Made by a program: the position numbers and the translations under genes. The notes under the pieces are model-generated. The model saw nothing but the letters and a program-made list of their open reading frames with translations. It made no database searches and had not been told where the DNA came from. From positions 372,001 to 436,000 of the forward strand of contig NIVC01000758.1 in NCBI GenBank assembly GCA_002269645.1: a DNA stretch of 64,000 bases. Direction: 5' to 3'. Origin of the DNA: Macrostomum lignano. Taxonomy: Eukaryota. Positions 51,046 to 62,321 of the stretch are shown piece after piece. The first letter of the stretch is position 1; the number at the start of each line of letters is the position of its first letter.

Positions 51046-51876
51046 CACGGTGAAGTGCTCAAACCTTAAAGGTGAGTTATCATTTCAGAGGCCTAGAAGA
51101 CGCTTTCACATTAATTTGGCGACACAAATTTCGGCAATTGGTCACACGACCGAGTCAAAAGAAACTGACAGCAGAAGAAACATGCAATTGCAAGCAGACA
51201 TAATGGGATGCAATGGCAGATTAGGTTAGTTTTTTATTTGTTGATAAACATCAGAACAAACATACTAGTAATAGTAGTGGAAACACGGCAGAGCCAAGCA
51301 GCTTAAGTGATGCCAATAAGAGTCACACCAAGGACAGACAATCTGTCAATCAAATTTACTATCAGATAAGACAACTGTAGGAATCAACTTGTCTCCGGGG
51401 TTCGATAAATCACTGCAAATCAGCCGAATATTGACGAGCACAAATCGGACTGGGTAGGGGGAGGGGGGCAAAAGCAGACTTGAGTAAAGAAACGCGGCAC
51501 ACGAGAGCACGGATGAGGGACAGTTGAGCAGCAAAGGGGGGCGTCGGCAACACAAGAGAGGGAAAAACTCCGAGCTGACCGCCTCTCAGCTCCTGCCTCA
51601 GTTCGCAGATTACAGAGAGGAGTCGGCGCGGCCCCGCGGCATTAATTAGCAGCCGTCTTTCGCCCAACACCGTCCCGTGAAAAGGGGGCGGTCAGTTAGA
51701 TAATGGGCTGTTGCCAGGGCCGGGGCAGCTGCCGCTCCTGCCGGGCTCGCGGACACGCGCGCGGAGGCCGCCCGCCAGATTATGGCGATGCGAAGGACGC
51801 GGCAGGCAGCGGCTGCTTCGCCAGAACAAAGACGGCAGCTTTTGCCGGTTTCTCATCTCTGGCAAATCTCCCAGCC

Positions 51877-54800
51877 TCACCCGATCAGCCTGTGGTACTC
51901 GGCTAGCATGACGGACTTCTCAATGTTCTCCCACACTTCGGCGGCAAAGTCCAGCCTGCAGAGAAGGGGAAGGCAAGATAAGAAAGCAAATCAAAGCCCT
52001 GCTGACTCTACTAACAGTAAAGGGATTGCATAAAACGCGATATTAAATAAATATTTGAATATCGATCAGCCAACTCCTACCAGACTTTCTCGTTGAACAG
52101 GTCCTGGCGCAGCATGTGGTGCCTGGGAGACGTGAGAATCAGCTTGCGCAGCCGCTCCAGCTCCTCGGTGTACTCGATGGCCGCCGCCGAGTCTGGCAGA
52201 ATGAGTCATGAGATCGGCGAGCATGTTGAGAAAGAAAATTTATCTTCACTGTGCTGCAACAAACCGGCCCAACCGGAAAATCACAGCCCTCACCCGGACA
52301 GTCACAGCCCTCATCTGGACAGTCACAGCCCTCACCCGGACAGTCACAGCCCTCACCAGTCAGTCAGTCATCACCCGGACAGTCACAGCCCTCACCCGGA
52401 CAGTCTTCGTCCAGCAGCGGCAGGCAGAAGACGCTGCCGGCATCGAGCCGGAAGGCGGCCCCCTCAAACAGGCCGGCCAGCAGTTCGCGCAGGCGGGCGG
52501 GCGCGGGCCCGGCGTCGGCCGGTGTCCGGTTCAGCACAAAGATCACACGGGGCTGAAAGCCGGTGTCGTCCAGCACGGCAGGCCGCAGCATGTCGGCGGC
52601 GAGCAGCAGGCGGAGCAGGTCCGGGTCCGGCCAGCCGTCAGCCACCACCAGCAGGAGGTGGCAGGCGGACATGAGGAAGGCGCTGAGTTGGATGCCGTGC
52701 ATTGTGGCGCCGGTCTCAACTGTGATGAAGTCGGATTGGCCGGCGTTGGCGCCGGTGGAGCCGGCACCGCTGTTGCCGCCGCCACGCCGTTCGCTAGCGG
52801 CGGCCTGGATGAGCGCCTCGGCGCTGGACAGAGCCAGCAGGGCCTCGCAGTCGAGCAGGAAGGCCCGCTCAGGCGTTGTCTGCAGCTGCACGCCCCTGGT
52901 GCGGTGCGCGTTGCCCAGCAGGTTGTCTAGGCTTTCAACGGCGAAGGCCCGGCCGGCCGGTGGCTCCTCCTGGCCTGGCAGGCGGCCGAGCAGCAGCGAG
53001 TTGAGCAGGCTGGACTTGCCCGAGGACTGTCAGGGGAAGGGGTTGAGGGACATGCAATTTGCAGATGTCTATAAGCAACACGCGGTCATGATTACGGTGA
53101 GCCTGGCGGACTTTTGGGACCTTCAACACTTGCATAGCAACAGAAGTGCCATTGTTCAATAAAGCTGAGCTCAAGGAGTCCAGTTCTCCCCGTTGCAGCT
53201 CGGCAGCTCTAAGAGGCGGTAAGATACAAACAAGGGAGCGACTCCCCACAGTACTAACACTAGAGAAAGACGGGATCCCATTCCATCCCAATCCCAGGAT
53301 CCCATTCCATCCCGATCCCAGGATCCCATTCCATCCCGATCCCAGGATCCCATTCCATCCCGATCCCAGGATCCCATTCCATCCCGATCCCGGGATCCCG
53401 ATCACATCCCCATCCCGGGATCCCAATTCCATCCTGATCCCGAGATCCCATTCCATCCCGATCCCAGGATCCCATTCCATCCCGATCCCAGGATACCATT
53501 CCATCCCGATCCCGGGATCCCGATCACATCCCCATCCCGGGATCCCAATTCCATCCTGATCCCGAGATCCCATTCCATCCCGATCCCATCCCCATCCCAG
53601 GATCCCATCCCAATCCCGGGATCCCATCCCAATCCCGGGATCCCATCCCAATCCCGGGATCCCATCCCAATCCCTTGATTCGGATTACATTCCCGATCTC
53701 GTGATCGCTAAAATCCATTGATCCCATTGATCAAAAACAATTGATCCTATTCTTACCTGACCTCTAGCCTGCAAGTACTGTACAAGTATAAGCTGTACAC
53801 TTTACAGCAGATCAGGAGTATCAGTGCTTCTATTTCTATGCTAGATATAAATTTCGAAAATATTCTAAATTAGCTACCTGCAGCCCCAGCACGCCAACAA
53901 CACTGAAGTTGGTGTTTGTCGGGTCCAGGTATTCCTGGAACTCCTGGCGCTGGGCCTCATCAACAAATTTGCCACTTGGTGTCACCAGCGTCAGTGGAGC
54001 CGGCGGCAGTGGTAGCTCTTGCAGGTGGGCGAGGCGAGTTGGTGATGCAGTGGAGACTGGTGCTGAGGCGGTGGCGACACTGCAAGCTGGGCGGGACAGC
54101 CGCTGTGGTTGCTGCAGGCTGGGCCACTCTGCCTCTCCACCAGCAGTGGCAGCAGGTTCAGGACCTGGTGATTCGTCCTTGTATTGCTGAGCTAGCTGGC
54201 CACTGGGACTGGCTTCTTTATGCTGGTCTCGCTGTTGAAGACATTGTTATTATAAATTCAGTTAACTAAAGATATTTGATGCTAAAATGCCTATATATTT
54301 CTGCTAATTAAAACAATTCTCACCTTTTTAACTATATATTTGGCCACAGACTGCATCTCCTTGCTGCTGCTGCTAGGCTAAAATTGAAAAGGTATAGTCA
54401 ATTTATTATTTAAAAAGCAAAGGCTTTATACAAGGGTCATATATGCAAAACACTTGGCTGAACAATTGAGATTATCTAAGCCTAGTTGAAAGGGCTATTA
54501 GCCAAAATTAGGTTATAATATTGCCTCTTCCCTTAATCAGAAACAATAAACAATAAAGAAATGAGTCAAGGGAAAATGAAGGAAAGAAAAATAAAATAAA
54601 CAGAAAAGGCAATAGAAAAGGAAGAAGCAAAACAAAAGGAGAATTCCAATAGAGCCAACTATGTTCTATTTTTGTTGAAACTAATTGGTATACCCAAATT
54701 ATTGTATATAATATGATAAAAAATGTATAATAAAGAGCCACTTAAAGAGCTTATATCAATAAGCCAAGAAAAGGCAATTACAAAATATATATTATGCTAT

Positions 54801-55436
54801 TAGAATATAATTTGGTATAGGTTATAGTCCTTCTTATGTGATAATTAGATAATACTACAAGCATACAAACCTTAGAGATTTAGTATATTTATAGATTGTA
54901 TAATGTATTTATAAAAAAGATAGATATATATTTTAATATAATTAACTAAAAAAACTATTGATTAAAACAAATATTTATAACCAAGGCCAAAAGGGAGACA
55001 AAACAGAATTGTGCTTTGCTTAAACTTTAAAGAAAACATAAAACAAAAATTTTAAAGAAATAAAAAGAAAGTTTCACTTTAATTTTTATAAGATTACCTT
55101 TTCTTTCTTTGTATCCATTGTAGGCTTAAAGCCAATTGTATCAATATTTGGTGAATATTGCTTATTCCATGGTCCTTTTTTTGAAGAGTTTGACCAATCT
55201 TGGCCTTGACCAGATGCCATACCAGTCACAGATTCATCTGAGCCTTGGATTGTTCTGTTTCCAGCATTATATATGCGTGTGTTTTGGCAGTGAATTTGCC
55301 CAGAAGCTCTATTAAAAGATTCTGTTGATTTTGTCAGAGAAGCGTTCTGCTCTTTTCGAAAATTCGTTCTACTACTTGTTGGAGCATGGTAATGGTAACC
55401 ATATTCTCCGTTTGGCCTATGCTTGCTCTCATTCAT
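51877..55436 (-). CDS. SMG9: Nonsense-mediated decay factor SMG9; exons 55436-55098, 54231-53878, 53026-52396, 52192-52081, 51955-51877; ~504 aa
   Basis: P-loop VVGVLGLQ|SSGKS; FLLDCE; IQLSAFLMSACHLLLVVAD; PRVIFVLNR; C-terminal FNEKVW|LDFAAEVWENIEKSVMLAEYHRLI; phases consistent; first exon less certain. Confidence 0.88.
52278..52405 (-). repeat. 21 bp repeat containing the SMG9 exon 3 end and donor (GACTGTCCGG|GTGAGGGCTGT), ~5 copies
   Basis: Read directly. Confidence 0.85.
53273..53690 (+). repeat. Intronic minisatellite, ~24 bp GATCCCATTCCATCCCGATCCCAG (SMG9 intron 2)
   Basis: Read directly. Confidence 0.92.
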
Positions 55437-57607
55437 CCTTTTTGGCTGATGCTAGTTGACTGTCATAAGGGCGAAGGCAATGAGAAAGCTGAACGTAATT
55501 TCAATATACAGTTAGCTTCAAGCCCAAGGAAGGCTAGCCAACAAAAAAAGTTCTTGCTATCTTAATGATTGATCGAACCTTTAAATTTAAGTAGCCCAAC
55601 AACAAGAGGGAATGAGAAAAGAAAGCGACTTTTTATCATTGGTAATCTTTTTCGACCTGTTGTATGAATGTAAATGAAATCACTGCAATTCCAGCTTTGA
55701 ACACAAAGTAGCATGGATATGGATAGGAGCTACAATCATCAGTAAGGTTAGGATATAATGAATAGGACGGGATTGACGGCACACACTAACTATATACGTG
55801 AGATTTTTAATCATGAGGTACTAAATTATATTTAAAATACACACTCTTTACACGAAAAATAAACCAAATATTCATATTTTTACAATAAAGTTAGTTTTTT
55901 TAACCAGTTCAAATTTGACTTATTTGTTTTCTTGACATGTGTACAAACAAGTAGTTTAACTTTGTTTTATTATGCTACTATAATGCATAGATACAATTGA
56001 AACACGCATTTCTAAACTCGTCGCGAATTATCGGGGTCGTACTATAAAGCTGTCGTAGCGTAAGTTCGTCGGAACTTTTACACTACGGAGATGGGAGCTA
56101 AGAATGATCTTTCTTACGATGGCTTTATAGAACGGGCCCTATATCCTAATCCAAGGAGAGGACCACTAGATCAGCCTTTAATAAATTTTCCAAGAAACGA
56201 AGTGTCCCGTCCTTCCTCTAGTGGTCCTTGATTATCATTCACTCGCATACACACCCCATCAAACAAGCCACCAACTAACTCACACGACCAATGCACAAAG
56301 GAATCAAAATTTATTTACAAATTGTGTGATCATACGAAATTTCGTCTTATTTGATGGCAGTGTGAAACAGCCTTAAGCTAAGCTTGCAAGTGTCTCAAAG
56401 AGCCCAATTCAAGACAATCAAGTGACAGAAGACAATCCGGCAACAGATTTTTTTATTGTAGATTTTATAAAGATTTTAGTCTTAGATGCAAACAAAACTT
56501 TACACATGTACTTTTTAATTTTATATATGGGGAATTTATTTTAGGATGGTATCTTTTCTAATAAAAAATGAAAATTTATGGCTGTATTTCTGATATAATT
56601 TAGGGTGTCATGTCAATGTTTTAATGTAAGTGTTATTAATTTTTTACATATGCGATGGTTGTTGGACCTTTCCAGTTGAATCTGAATTGATATTTCCCTT
56701 AAGCTATAAAGTAGAAAATAATTACTGGGTTGTTTGAGATTTGATTATAAAACTAGTATTGACTATTGTGCTTTCATTACTAAAAATAAAGAAAATATTA
56801 AATTTAATGCAGTTTCCCATTTTTTCAAAGCAATATTGTCATTAGGTCTATAAGAAAACAAGCTGTAAAGGTCATTCTATGAAAAGGTCCCATCATGGTT
56901 TTAAACTTTAAATACTTATAACTTTTGAACTGTAATACTAGTTTAAATAAAACAAAGCTGCAAAAAGCAAATTATGTCAAACTTCTAATTCTATATTTTT
57001 TATATAGCTACTTATGAATTCTAAATCAACTGAACATAGCAGATTATAAATTATGCTGACAGTCATTTGGTAATAAAAAATGACCATCTGCATAGTTTAT
57101 GCTTAGAGATAGAACAACTTTTTGATATTTTTATTTGGTATTTGGAAAAAAGGTTTTTGCTATTTGTTTAGTTCCTAGATTTGTTTCATATTTTTTAATG
57201 AATATAAGAATAAAATAAGAGCAAGTCCAATATTTTATAAGAAAAATCAGGAAGTTTGTATAGGAAACAATATTTCTAGCATAGTTCAAAGCTTAGATAT
57301 AACACTTGATTAGCTCTATCTATATGCAATATTATATATTTGCTTTCATGCCTGCTTGTTCCCTAACCCTAACTCTAAACACTACTGTTTGGTTAGCAAG
57401 ATTTGATAGCTTTTGCTATTATATCATTATATTAAGGTTATAGCCCAAAATAAAAAGACTATTAGTACAATACTATTTTTTGCTAATGCACATTGGTGCT
57501 AGAAGACTGTAGTTCTTAAAATTTAGCTAAAGCTAAAAATAGGCTAAAAATAAAATGTTGCTGTCTGTGGGGTGCATTCAAATAAAAAACATACATGTAT
57601 AAGTATA

Positions 57608-57728
57608 CATACATGTGCAACAGTTGGCTGATCTGGCCGACTGATTTGGTAGCCAACCAAGGAAGTCGCAAAAATGCCTACCTGAAAAAACACCCAAGTA
57701 GTAGTACTAAGTAGCTGATGAGGCATTT
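57608..57728 (+). mobile_element. Truncated copy of the ~300 bp hAT-type MITE (left end only)
   Basis: CATACATGTGCAAC start; similar to 58044-58342. Confidence 0.75.
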
Positions 57729-58043
57729 AAAACTGGTGGTTTAAAACTTAAACTTTATTTTTGGGACCAAATATCAATTGGATATAGGTTTTTTTAGTGA
57801 CAAGTCATTCTATTATAGACATTTTGTTGTCAGATAGTCATTTTCATAATAAGCCTAAACAATAGATATTTTTATAAGATTTAAAGTGTATTTTAGTAAT
57901 AGTGATAAGATGAATTTCATGGCATAGGCTAAATATTTTCTTGACTTGACTTAGCTGCATGGGGTGTCCAGTGGATATAGAAAGGAGATAAAAGAGACTG
58001 CCCATTCTGCTAGTACCTGGCAACCAATGACTTCCATTGAAGC

Positions 58044-58342
58044 CATACATGCGCAACAGTCGGCCGAGTCGGCCAATCCGGCCGACTGATTTGGCGGCCA
58101 ACCAAGGAAGTCGCAAAAATGCCCACCCAAAAAAATACTAAAGTAGTAGTACTAAGTAGCTGACGAGGCATTTTGCCTTAATAAAACAGTCATAGTTACT
58201 CCTGCCGTTTACCCAAAGTTGCGTTAATTTTCCGTTTGGGTTTTTTTTACATGTAAGTCGCATTTTTGGCCAAAAACTACGTCGCATTTTTGTTAAAACT
58301 AAGTCGCATGGCCGACCGAATTTTGAAGGTTGCGCATGTATG
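58044..58342. mobile_element. hAT-type MITE, 299 bp
   Basis: 14-bp perfect TIR CATACATGCGCAAC; perfect 8-bp TSD ATTGAAGC at 58036-58043 and 58343-58350. Confidence 0.92.
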
Positions 58343-58721
58343 ATTGAAGCAATGTTGCTTAGGGAGACCCATTGGTCTTGCCTGCAGGGCAGTCTTTCTC
58401 ACTAGCAGTAAGGAAGAAATCAGCTCATCCTATGTCCCTAAGGTACTAGGCAAGCAGTGGGATGCTCTCAGGCTTGCAAATTTTGGGGAAAACTAAGTTT
58501 GGCCCAGGTAAACAAGCCTGGCCCAGGTGAAAACCAGGCTGTGGTAGCGTGGGTCTGCTCAGTTGCTCCACTCAGTGTAATGTACAGTGCAGGTGTACAC
58601 CTGCACGCGCACGTGTGATTGGCTTACGCTTTGTCAGACAACCTTTATTGTTGGCCAGCTATATTAAATACAAGCTCTCTGCCTTTGGGGGGGTCTTTCC
58701 CCCGAAGTGGAGTTTTCACAG

Positions 58722-58731
58722 TGGCGACGAG
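58722..58731 (+). other. Primer-binding site, complementary to a tRNA 3' end …CUCGUCGCCA (as in tRNA-Ser GCU)
   Basis: TGGCGACGAG one base after the 5' LTR; tRNA identity recalled, not searched. Confidence 0.7.
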
Positions 58732-58751
58732 ACTGAAACGACCCTGCGCAA

Positions 58752-59840
58752 ATGAGTAGTGCAAGTTCACTAGGGCTTGTCGGCCCATACGAAGAAGGCT
58801 CTGAGCCGTGGCATATGTACCAAGCAAGGTTAGAGCAATATTTTGTTGCCAATGACGTCACTGAGGAAGCGAAAAAGCGAGCGATTCTGCTGAGTTCATG
58901 CGGCAAGAAAGTCTTCCATCTGGCCTTCAGTCTTCTGTCTCCTGCACAGCCATCAGCCAAGAGCTACACCGAAATTTGTGAAGCACTTAAGAGCCATTTC
59001 GAGCCTGAGGAGTCCGAGATCGTCCATCGTTACCGATTCTACACTAGAAATCGCAGGGAAGGTGAGGGCGTCGCGGACTTCGTCGCAGACCTCCGAGACC
59101 TGGCTCGCGACTGCAAGTTCGGCGACAGCCTGACTTCGATGCTTCGCGACAGGCTGGTGCTGGGAATCAACAACGACAGCGCTCAGCGGCGGCTGCTGGC
59201 GGAGCCCGTTCTCACTCTAGCGAAGGCACTGCTGAATGTGCATGTGGTGACGTCAGCGACCTCAGCTGTCACCATCCAAAAACTCCGCTCCAGCTTCGCG
59301 ACGCACGGGTTGCCAGATGTGCTGGTGTCGGACAATGGGCCCAACTTGGTCAGCGAGGAGATGTCCGACTTTCTGCGGAAGAACGGCATTCAGCACGTGC
59401 GCGTTGCTCCCTATCATCCGGCGTCCAACGGCCTGGCGGAACGAGCTGTCCAGACGCTGAAGCGGTCCCTTGAGAAGCAGCGCGACGGCTACTTGGAGGA
59501 TAAGGTCGCCCGGTTCCTGCTGAGCTACCGGGTCACTCCGCATGCGACAACTGGTGTGGCTCCCTGCGAACTCCTGATGGGACGGCGCCTGTGCACGTTG
59601 CTAGATCGAGCTCGGCCAGACCTGGGAGCAAGAGTACAGCGTAAGCAAAGTCAGCAAAAAGAGCACCACGACTGCAAAGCTCGGTTCCGGACCTTCGAGA
59701 CTGGAGACGCTGTACTGGCCAGAGACTTTGGAGCCACCGTTAAGTCGGTGGAAGCCGGCGCGAGTTTTCGGTGCCGCCGGTCCGGCCTCCTACCTGTGTG
59801 GCTTCGATGGCGACGACTGAGTGGTGCGGCGGCACGTTGA
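58752..59840 (+). pseudogene. In-frame Gag N-terminus / partial integrase fusion ORF (362 aa)
   Basis: Gag: RLEQYFVAN, YRFYTRNRREGE, LRDRLVLG; integrase: HGLPDVLVSDNGP, APYHPASNGLAERAVQTLK; PR, RT, RH and integrase N-terminus absent; C-terminus frameshifted. Confidence 0.85.
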
Positions 59841-60779
59841 CCATGTCCGCGGTGGTCCTGAGCAGCCGCGGCCTACAGGAGCTGGCGTGACAGACGGTGC
59901 CACCGACGCCAAGGCCGCACCTGAGCCGGAAGCTGCGATGCCGGCCGTGGACGAGCCGCCAAACCTGGCTGCTCCTGGAGACCCTGAGATCGACGGGTCT
60001 CTGCGCCGATCGTCGCGAGTTCGACGTCCCCCGGAGCGCCTGAGCTACGGGTGACGTCATCTGTGAAAGAGACTGTTTTGATTGACTGTAGTGTTCGGAC
60101 GTTTAAATTTGGATTTTGAACTTTGTTATGGTTATGATTTATTTTCCTTATTCTGTTGTGTTGTTTGTGTCGTCTTGCGATCCCTGATCCCCATGTAGAT
60201 GGGGAGGGATGTGGTAGCGTGGGTCTGCTCAGTTGCTCCGCTCAGTGTAATGTACAGTGCAGGTGTACACCTGCACGCGCACGTGTGATTGGCTTACGCT
60301 TTGTCAGACAACCTTTATTGTTGGCCAGCTATATTAAATACAAGCTCTCTGCCTTTGGGGGGGGGTCTTTCCCCCGAAGTGGAGTTTTCACACAGACAGT
60401 AGCAGATAAAGTGGTCAGTGTTTTCACTGCCTGAGGGGCAGAAGGCACCACTCTGGGTACCTGGCCCTGAAAGAAGCAGTGGCAAGAGAAGCATCTATGC
60501 CCAGAGAAGGTCATGCTAACTGCTCTGAAGTCTCTGCAGTTAAGCCTGAGGAAGGCTCTATGCAGGAAGGAAGAGTGACAGGGGATTGTCTGCGATTCCA
60601 GGTGTTGTGCTATCCACAGAGATGCTTAAAATCAGCCCAGCACTTAACATGGGAATTATCACCAATGTGGAACTGGGGCCGCTGTGCCTGGCCCCAGTAA
60701 TGTGCCAGCAAAGCCAGCCTTGGCCAGCTGGTCAGCATGCTCATTGCCAAGGAAACCAGTGTGGCCTGGGAAAGGAAAA

Positions 60780-61066
60780 CATACATGCGCAACAGTCGGC
60801 CGATCTGGCCGACCGATTTGGCGGCCAACCAAGGAAGTGGCAAAATTGCCCACCCAAAAAATACCTAAGTAGTAGTACTAAGTAGCTGACGAGACATTTT
60901 GGGTTAATAAGACAGTCATATTTACGCCTGCCGTTTACCCAAAGTTGCGTTAAATTTGCTTTATGGTTTTTTTACATGTAAGTCGCATTTTTGGCCATAA
61001 ACTACGTCGCATTTTGTTAAAACTAAGTCGCACGGCCGACCAAATTTTGGAGGTTGCGCATGTATG
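60780..61066. mobile_element. hAT-type MITE, second full copy, 287 bp
   Basis: Same 14-bp TIR; 8-bp TSD aaggaaaa / taggaaaa (1 mismatch). Confidence 0.9.
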
Positions 61067-61541
61067 TAGGAAAATATCAGTTTGTATAGTTATTTTAACA
61101 ATAAATGACATATTCTAGAGTTTAGACTATAAAGGTGATACTATTATCATCGCATCATATTACTATCTATTTTTTGTTTTGCACTTTATACATATATGCT
61201 TTATGCTCTTCCTCATTGAGCAATTGCCTATAAGTTGTTGCATTTCCACAAAAGGCTCAAAAACTAATGCACTCTTCTTTAGCAAAGGTCATCACTATTA
61301 AAATGTGGGCCCTAATTGCCATTGCCATGAAGTATTTCTAATATTTTTCTAGTAAGGCATTAGCTAGATATGGTAGATGTTTATAAAAAGTGTCATTTGT
61401 CAGTTTATGTTAGCAGAATGTTTTATATCTTTTAAAAGTTCGGCTTTTCTTAGTATTGGCATGCTTTTTTGTTTCAACTAATTTTGCAAGGCTATGTTTT
61501 TCCATAATTTCAGCAGAGGTATGAGTTTCATTTAATGCAAG

Positions 61542-62321
61542 ATGCTTACACAATCATATCTGCTTCAAGAAACATATGTTGGCTCCAATGAACCAACAGA
61601 ATATGTTCTTACCAATCAGAAGCTGGTCACCAAAAGCAAAAAATTAAAGCTTGATAGCTTAGTTAGCACTGCTAAGGTAAGCTGTTAAACAACTCAATCA
61701 ATAATTCTCTGTTGTTTCAAATCCATTTGACTTCCTTGATTTCTGCAAAATTTAAGCAAATCCTACTTTAATTCTCCCTAATTCAGTAACCCAAGTCTAA
61801 GCCGATCCTTTTCTTATGCACCAAATCTCAGCAGCGTTCCACAACAAGCTCAAGCCAATTCCCGTAACCCGCCGCAGGACGTCTTCCTGCCGCAGGGCTA
61901 CCCGGACTCGGTGTCCGCTGACTACCTGACCTACCAGATTTGGGACACCGCCCAGGCCTTCTGCAGCTCCCTTACCAGCGCCCTGGCCAGCCGGGCCGTC
62001 CTGACCGGCTACGGTGTCGGCGACCAGGGCGCATCGGTGGCGGCCGCCACCCTCGCCTGGCTGCTGCGCGACGGCTGCGGCATGGTGGGCCGCATCCTGT
62101 TCGCCTGGCTGTATGGCACCGCTCTGGACTGGGACTGCAAGCGCTACCGGCTGCTGGCGGATGTGCTGAACGACTTGGCCATCCTGATACAGCTGCTCTG
62201 CCCGCTGGCCGGGCCGCCCGGCTCGCCCGCTGTAGTCGCCGTCCTGTGCATCGCCTCCGTGACGCTAGCGCTGGTCACCGTCTGCGGCGGCGCCACCAGA
62301 GCCGCGTTTACTATGCACCAG
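61542..62321 (+). CDS. RUSF1: RUS1-family protein (RUSF1/C16orf58), 5' part; exons 61542-61676 and 61878-62321; gene continues beyond the window
   Basis: DVFLPQGYPDSVSADYLTYQIWDT; RDGCGMVGRILFAW; RYRLLADVLND; GGATRAAFTMHQ; phase-0 GT-AG intron. Confidence 0.9.

Larger units (their letters stand above)
58540..60392 (+). mobile_element. Internally deleted Ty3/Gypsy (Mag-type) LTR retrotransposon, 1.85 kb
   Basis: LTRs 58540-58720 and 60210-60392 (TG…CA; one substitution plus G-run length difference); PBS TGGCGACGAG at 58722-58731; PPT agatggggaggga at 60197-60209; 5-bp TSD caggc/cagac. Confidence 0.93.

Noticed and set aside
58044-61066. Composite transposon made of two MITEs around the LTR element
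   Set aside because: Each MITE has its own distinct TSD, so they are independent insertions
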